DNA of 64,000 nucleotides from a virus (Duplodnaviria; Caudoviricetes): IMG/VR virus record IMGVR_UViG_2872355237_000003; one strand, 5' to 3'. Shown piece by piece: positions 61,359 to 64,000 of this stretch (position 1 is its first letter; each line of letters starts with the position of its first letter). The notes under the pieces were generated by a model. It saw only the letters and a program-made list of their open reading frames with translations, ran no database searches and was not told where the DNA came from. The position numbers and the translations under genes were made by a program.

Positions 61359-64000
61359 ATGCCAATAACAATTAACAACTTTAATTATTCAGATCCTGTT
61401 GATAATAAAAATATTTTATATTTAGATACTCATTTAAATACATTAGCTAATGAGCCTGAAAAAGCCTTTCGCATTATAGGGAATATATGGGTAATACCCG
61501 ATAGATTTTCAAGAGATTCTAATCCAAATTTAAATAAACCTCCTCGAGTTACAAGCCCTAAAAGTGGTTATTATGATCCTAATTATTTGAGTACTGATTC
61601 TGAAAAAGATACATTTTTAAAAGAAATTATAAAGTTATTTAAAAGAATTAACTCTAGAGAAATAGGAGAAGAATTAATATATAGACTTGCAACAGACATA
61701 CCCTTTCCTGGGAATAACAATACTCCAATTAATACTTTTGATTTTGATGTAGATTTTAACAGTGTTGATGTTAAAACTAGACAAGGTAACAACTGGGTTA
61801 AAACTGGTAGTATAAATCCTAGTGTTATAATAACTGGACCTAGAGAAAACATTATAGACCCAGAAACTTCTACGTTTAAATTAACTAACAATACTTTTGC
61901 GGCACAAGAAGGATTTGGTGCTTTATCAATAATTTCAATATCACCTAGATTTATGCTAACATATAGTAATGCAACTAATAATGTAGGAGAGGGTAGATTT
62001 TCTAAGTCTGAATTTTGCATGGATCCAATACTAATTTTAATGCATGAACTTAATCATGCAATGCATAATTTATATGGAATAGCTATACCAAATGATCAAA
62101 GAATTTCATCTGTAACTAGTAATATTTTTTATTCTCAATATAATGTGAAATTAGAGTATGCAGAAATATATGCATTTGGAGGTCCAACTATAGACCTTAT
62201 TCCTAAAAGTGCAAGGAAATATTTTGAGGAAAAGGCATTGGATTATTATAGATCCATAGCTAAAAGACTTAATAGTATAACTACTGCAAATCCTTCAAGC
62301 TTTAATAAATATATAGGAGAATATAAACAGAAACTTATTAGAAAGTATAGATTCGTAGTAGAATCTTCAGGTGAAGTTGCAGTAGATCGTAATAAGTTTG
62401 CTGAGTTATATAAAGAACTTACACAAATATTTACAGAATTTAACTACGCTAAAATATATAATGTACAAAATAGGAAAATATATCTTTCAAATGTATATAC
62501 TCCGGTTACGGCAAATATATTAGACGATAATGTTTATGATATACAAAATGGATTTAACATACCTAAAAGTAATTTAAATGTACTATTTATGGGTCAAAAT
62601 TTATCTCGAAATCCAGCATTAAGAAAAGTCAATCCTGAAAATATGCTTTATTTATTTACAAAATTTTGCCATAAAGCAATAGATGGTAGATCATTATATA
62701 ATAAAACATTAGATTGTAGAGAGCTTTTAGTTAAAAATACTGACTTACCCTTTATAGGTGATATTAGTGATATCAAAACTGATATATTTTTAAGCAAAGA
62801 TATTAATGAAGAAACTGAAGTTATAGACTATCCGGACAATGTTTCAGTGGATCAAGTTATTCTCAGTAAGAATACCTCAGAACATGGACAACTAGATTTA
62901 TTATACCCTATTATTGAAGGTGAGAGTCAAGTATTACCGGGAGAGAATCAAGTCTTTTATGATAATAGAACTCAAAATGTTGATTATTTGAATTCTTATT
63001 ATTACCTAGAATCTCAAAAACTAAGTGATAATGTTGAAGATTTTACTTTTACGACATCAATTGAGGAAGCTTTGGATAATAGTGGAAAAGTATATACTTA
63101 CTTTCCTAAACTAGCTGATAAAGTAAATACGGGTGTTCAAGGTGGTTTATTTTTAATGTGGGCAAATGATGTAGTTGAAGATTTTACTACAAATATTCTA
63201 AGAAAAGATACATTAGATAAAATATCAGATGTATCAGCTATTATTCCCTATATAGGACCTGCATTAAATATAAGTAATTCTGTAAGAAGGGGAAATTTTA
63301 CTGAAGCATTTGCAGTTACCGGTGTAACTATTTTATTAGAAGCATTTCCAGAATTTACAATACCTGCACTTGGTGCATTTGTGATTTATAGTAAGGTTCA
63401 AGAAAGAAACGAGATTATTAAAACTATAGATAATTGTTTAGAACAAAGGATTAAAAGATGGAAAGATTCATATGAATGGATGATAGGAACGTGGTTATCC
63501 AGGATTACTACTCAATTTAATAATATAAGTTATCAAATGTATGATTCTTTAAATTATCAGGCAGATGCAATCAAAGATAAAATAGATTTAGAATATAAAA
63601 AATACTCAGGAAGTGATAAAGAAAATATAAAAAGTCAAGTTGAAAATTTAAAAAATAGTTTAGATGTAAAAATCTCGGAAGCAATGAATAATATAAATAA
63701 ATTTATACGAGAATGTTCTGTAACATACTTATTTAAAAATATGCTCCCTAAAGTAATTGATGAATTAAATAAGTTTGATTTAAAAACTAAAACAGAATTA
63801 ATGAATCTTATAGATAGTCATAATATTATTTTAGTTGGTGAAGTAGATAGATTAAAAGCAAAAGTAAATGGGAGCTTTGAAAATACAATACCCTTTAACA
63901 TTTTTTCATATACTAATAATTCTTTATTAAAAGATATAATTAATGAATATTTCAATAGTATTAATGATTCAAAAATTTTGAGCTTACAAAACAAAAAAAA
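61359..64000 (+). CDS. bont/CD: Botulinum neurotoxin, C-type light chain, probable C/D mosaic (partial, runs off window; missing from ORF track)
   Basis: AGGAG RBS, MPITINNFNYSDPVDNKN, HELNH at 62043-62057, D-like end EYFNSINDSKILSLQNKK. Confidence 0.95.
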   Translation, partial: MPITINNFNYSDPVDNKNILYLDTHLNTLANEPEKAFRIIGNIWVIPDRFSRDSNPNLNKPPRVTSPKSGYYDPNYLSTDSEKDTFLKEIIKLFKRINSREIGEELIYRLATDIPFPGNNNTPINTFDFDVDFNSVDVKTRQGNNWVKTGSINPSVIITGPRENIIDPETSTFKLTNNTFAAQEGFGALSIISISPRFMLTYSNATNNVGEGRFSKSEFCMDPILILMHELNHAMHNLYGIAIPNDQRISSVTSNIFYSQYNVKLEYAEIYAFGGPTIDLIPKSARKYFEEKALDYYRSIAKRLNSITTANPSSFNKYIGEYKQKLIRKYRFVVESSGEVAVDRNKFAELYKELTQIFTEFNYAKIYNVQNRKIYLSNVYTPVTANILDDNVYDIQNGFNIPKSNLNVLFMGQNLSRNPALRKVNPENMLYLFTKFCHKAIDGRSLYNKTLDCRELLVKNTDLPFIGDISDIKTDIFLSKDINEETEVIDYPDNVSVDQVILSKNTSEHGQLDLLYPIIEGESQVLPGENQVFYDNRTQNVDYLNSYYYLESQKLSDNVEDFTFTTSIEEALDNSGKVYTYFPKLADKVNTGVQGGLFLMWANDVVEDFTTNILRKDTLDKISDVSAIIPYIGPALNISNSVRRGNFTEAFAVTGVTILLEAFPEFTIPALGAFVIYSKVQERNEIIKTIDNCLEQRIKRWKDSYEWMIGTWLSRITTQFNNISYQMYDSLNYQADAIKDKIDLEYKKYSGSDKENIKSQVENLKNSLDVKISEAMNNINKFIRECSVTYLFKNMLPKVIDELNKFDLKTKTELMNLIDSHNIILVGEVDRLKAKVNGSFENTIPFNIFSYTNNSLLKDIINEYFNSINDSKILSLQNKK

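Noticed and set aside
33..62020. Short minus-strand ORFs in the track (e.g. 33-353, 4320-4658, 11346-11831, 37653-37943, 61583-62020)
   Set aside because: They shadow well-supported plus-strand genes and lack RBS or recognisable motifs.
1..64000. tRNA or rRNA genes
   Set aside because: No cloverleaf or rRNA-like GC-rich segment was recognised by eye.

Overview
Very AT-rich window that reads as part of a large Clostridium botulinum group III toxin-converting phage or prophage-plasmid (c-st-like). 1-3.6 kb: putative lysogeny-control region (PemK/MazF-family gene, then a DGQHR/DndB-like gene coupled to a tyrosine-recombinase-fold gene lacking catalytic residues, resembling the SPbeta yopQ-yopR/sroE-sroF repressor pair). 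4-27 kb: co-oriented accessory genes (NAD ligase, PAPS-reductase-like protein, DUF4365-type nuclease, HEPN protein, methyltransferase, HicB, Tpt1/KptA, many small Cys-rich ORFs). 28-41 kb: SPbeta-like replication module (AAA ATPase, DnaB, primase, nuclease, DnaE, RecD2). 45-52 kb: nucleotide metabolism and a methyltransferase/nuclease pair. 53.6-64 kb: the known botR-ha70-ha17-ha33-ntnh-bont cluster; the toxin gene looks C/D mosaic and is cut by the window end. The strongest unexplained signal is a palindrome, TAAAA-N6-TTTTA, found by eye 16 times (14 exact, 2 with one mismatch), always at gene boundaries, often just after the terminator of a stand-alone accessory gene, and not noticed between the toxin-cluster genes. 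It may mark gene-cassette recombination sites or operators. A fixed-spacing AATTAAAAT promoter box, a second boundary repeat and a possible RBS-sequestering leader were also seen. All calls are by eye and from recalled family motifs; no searches were run.
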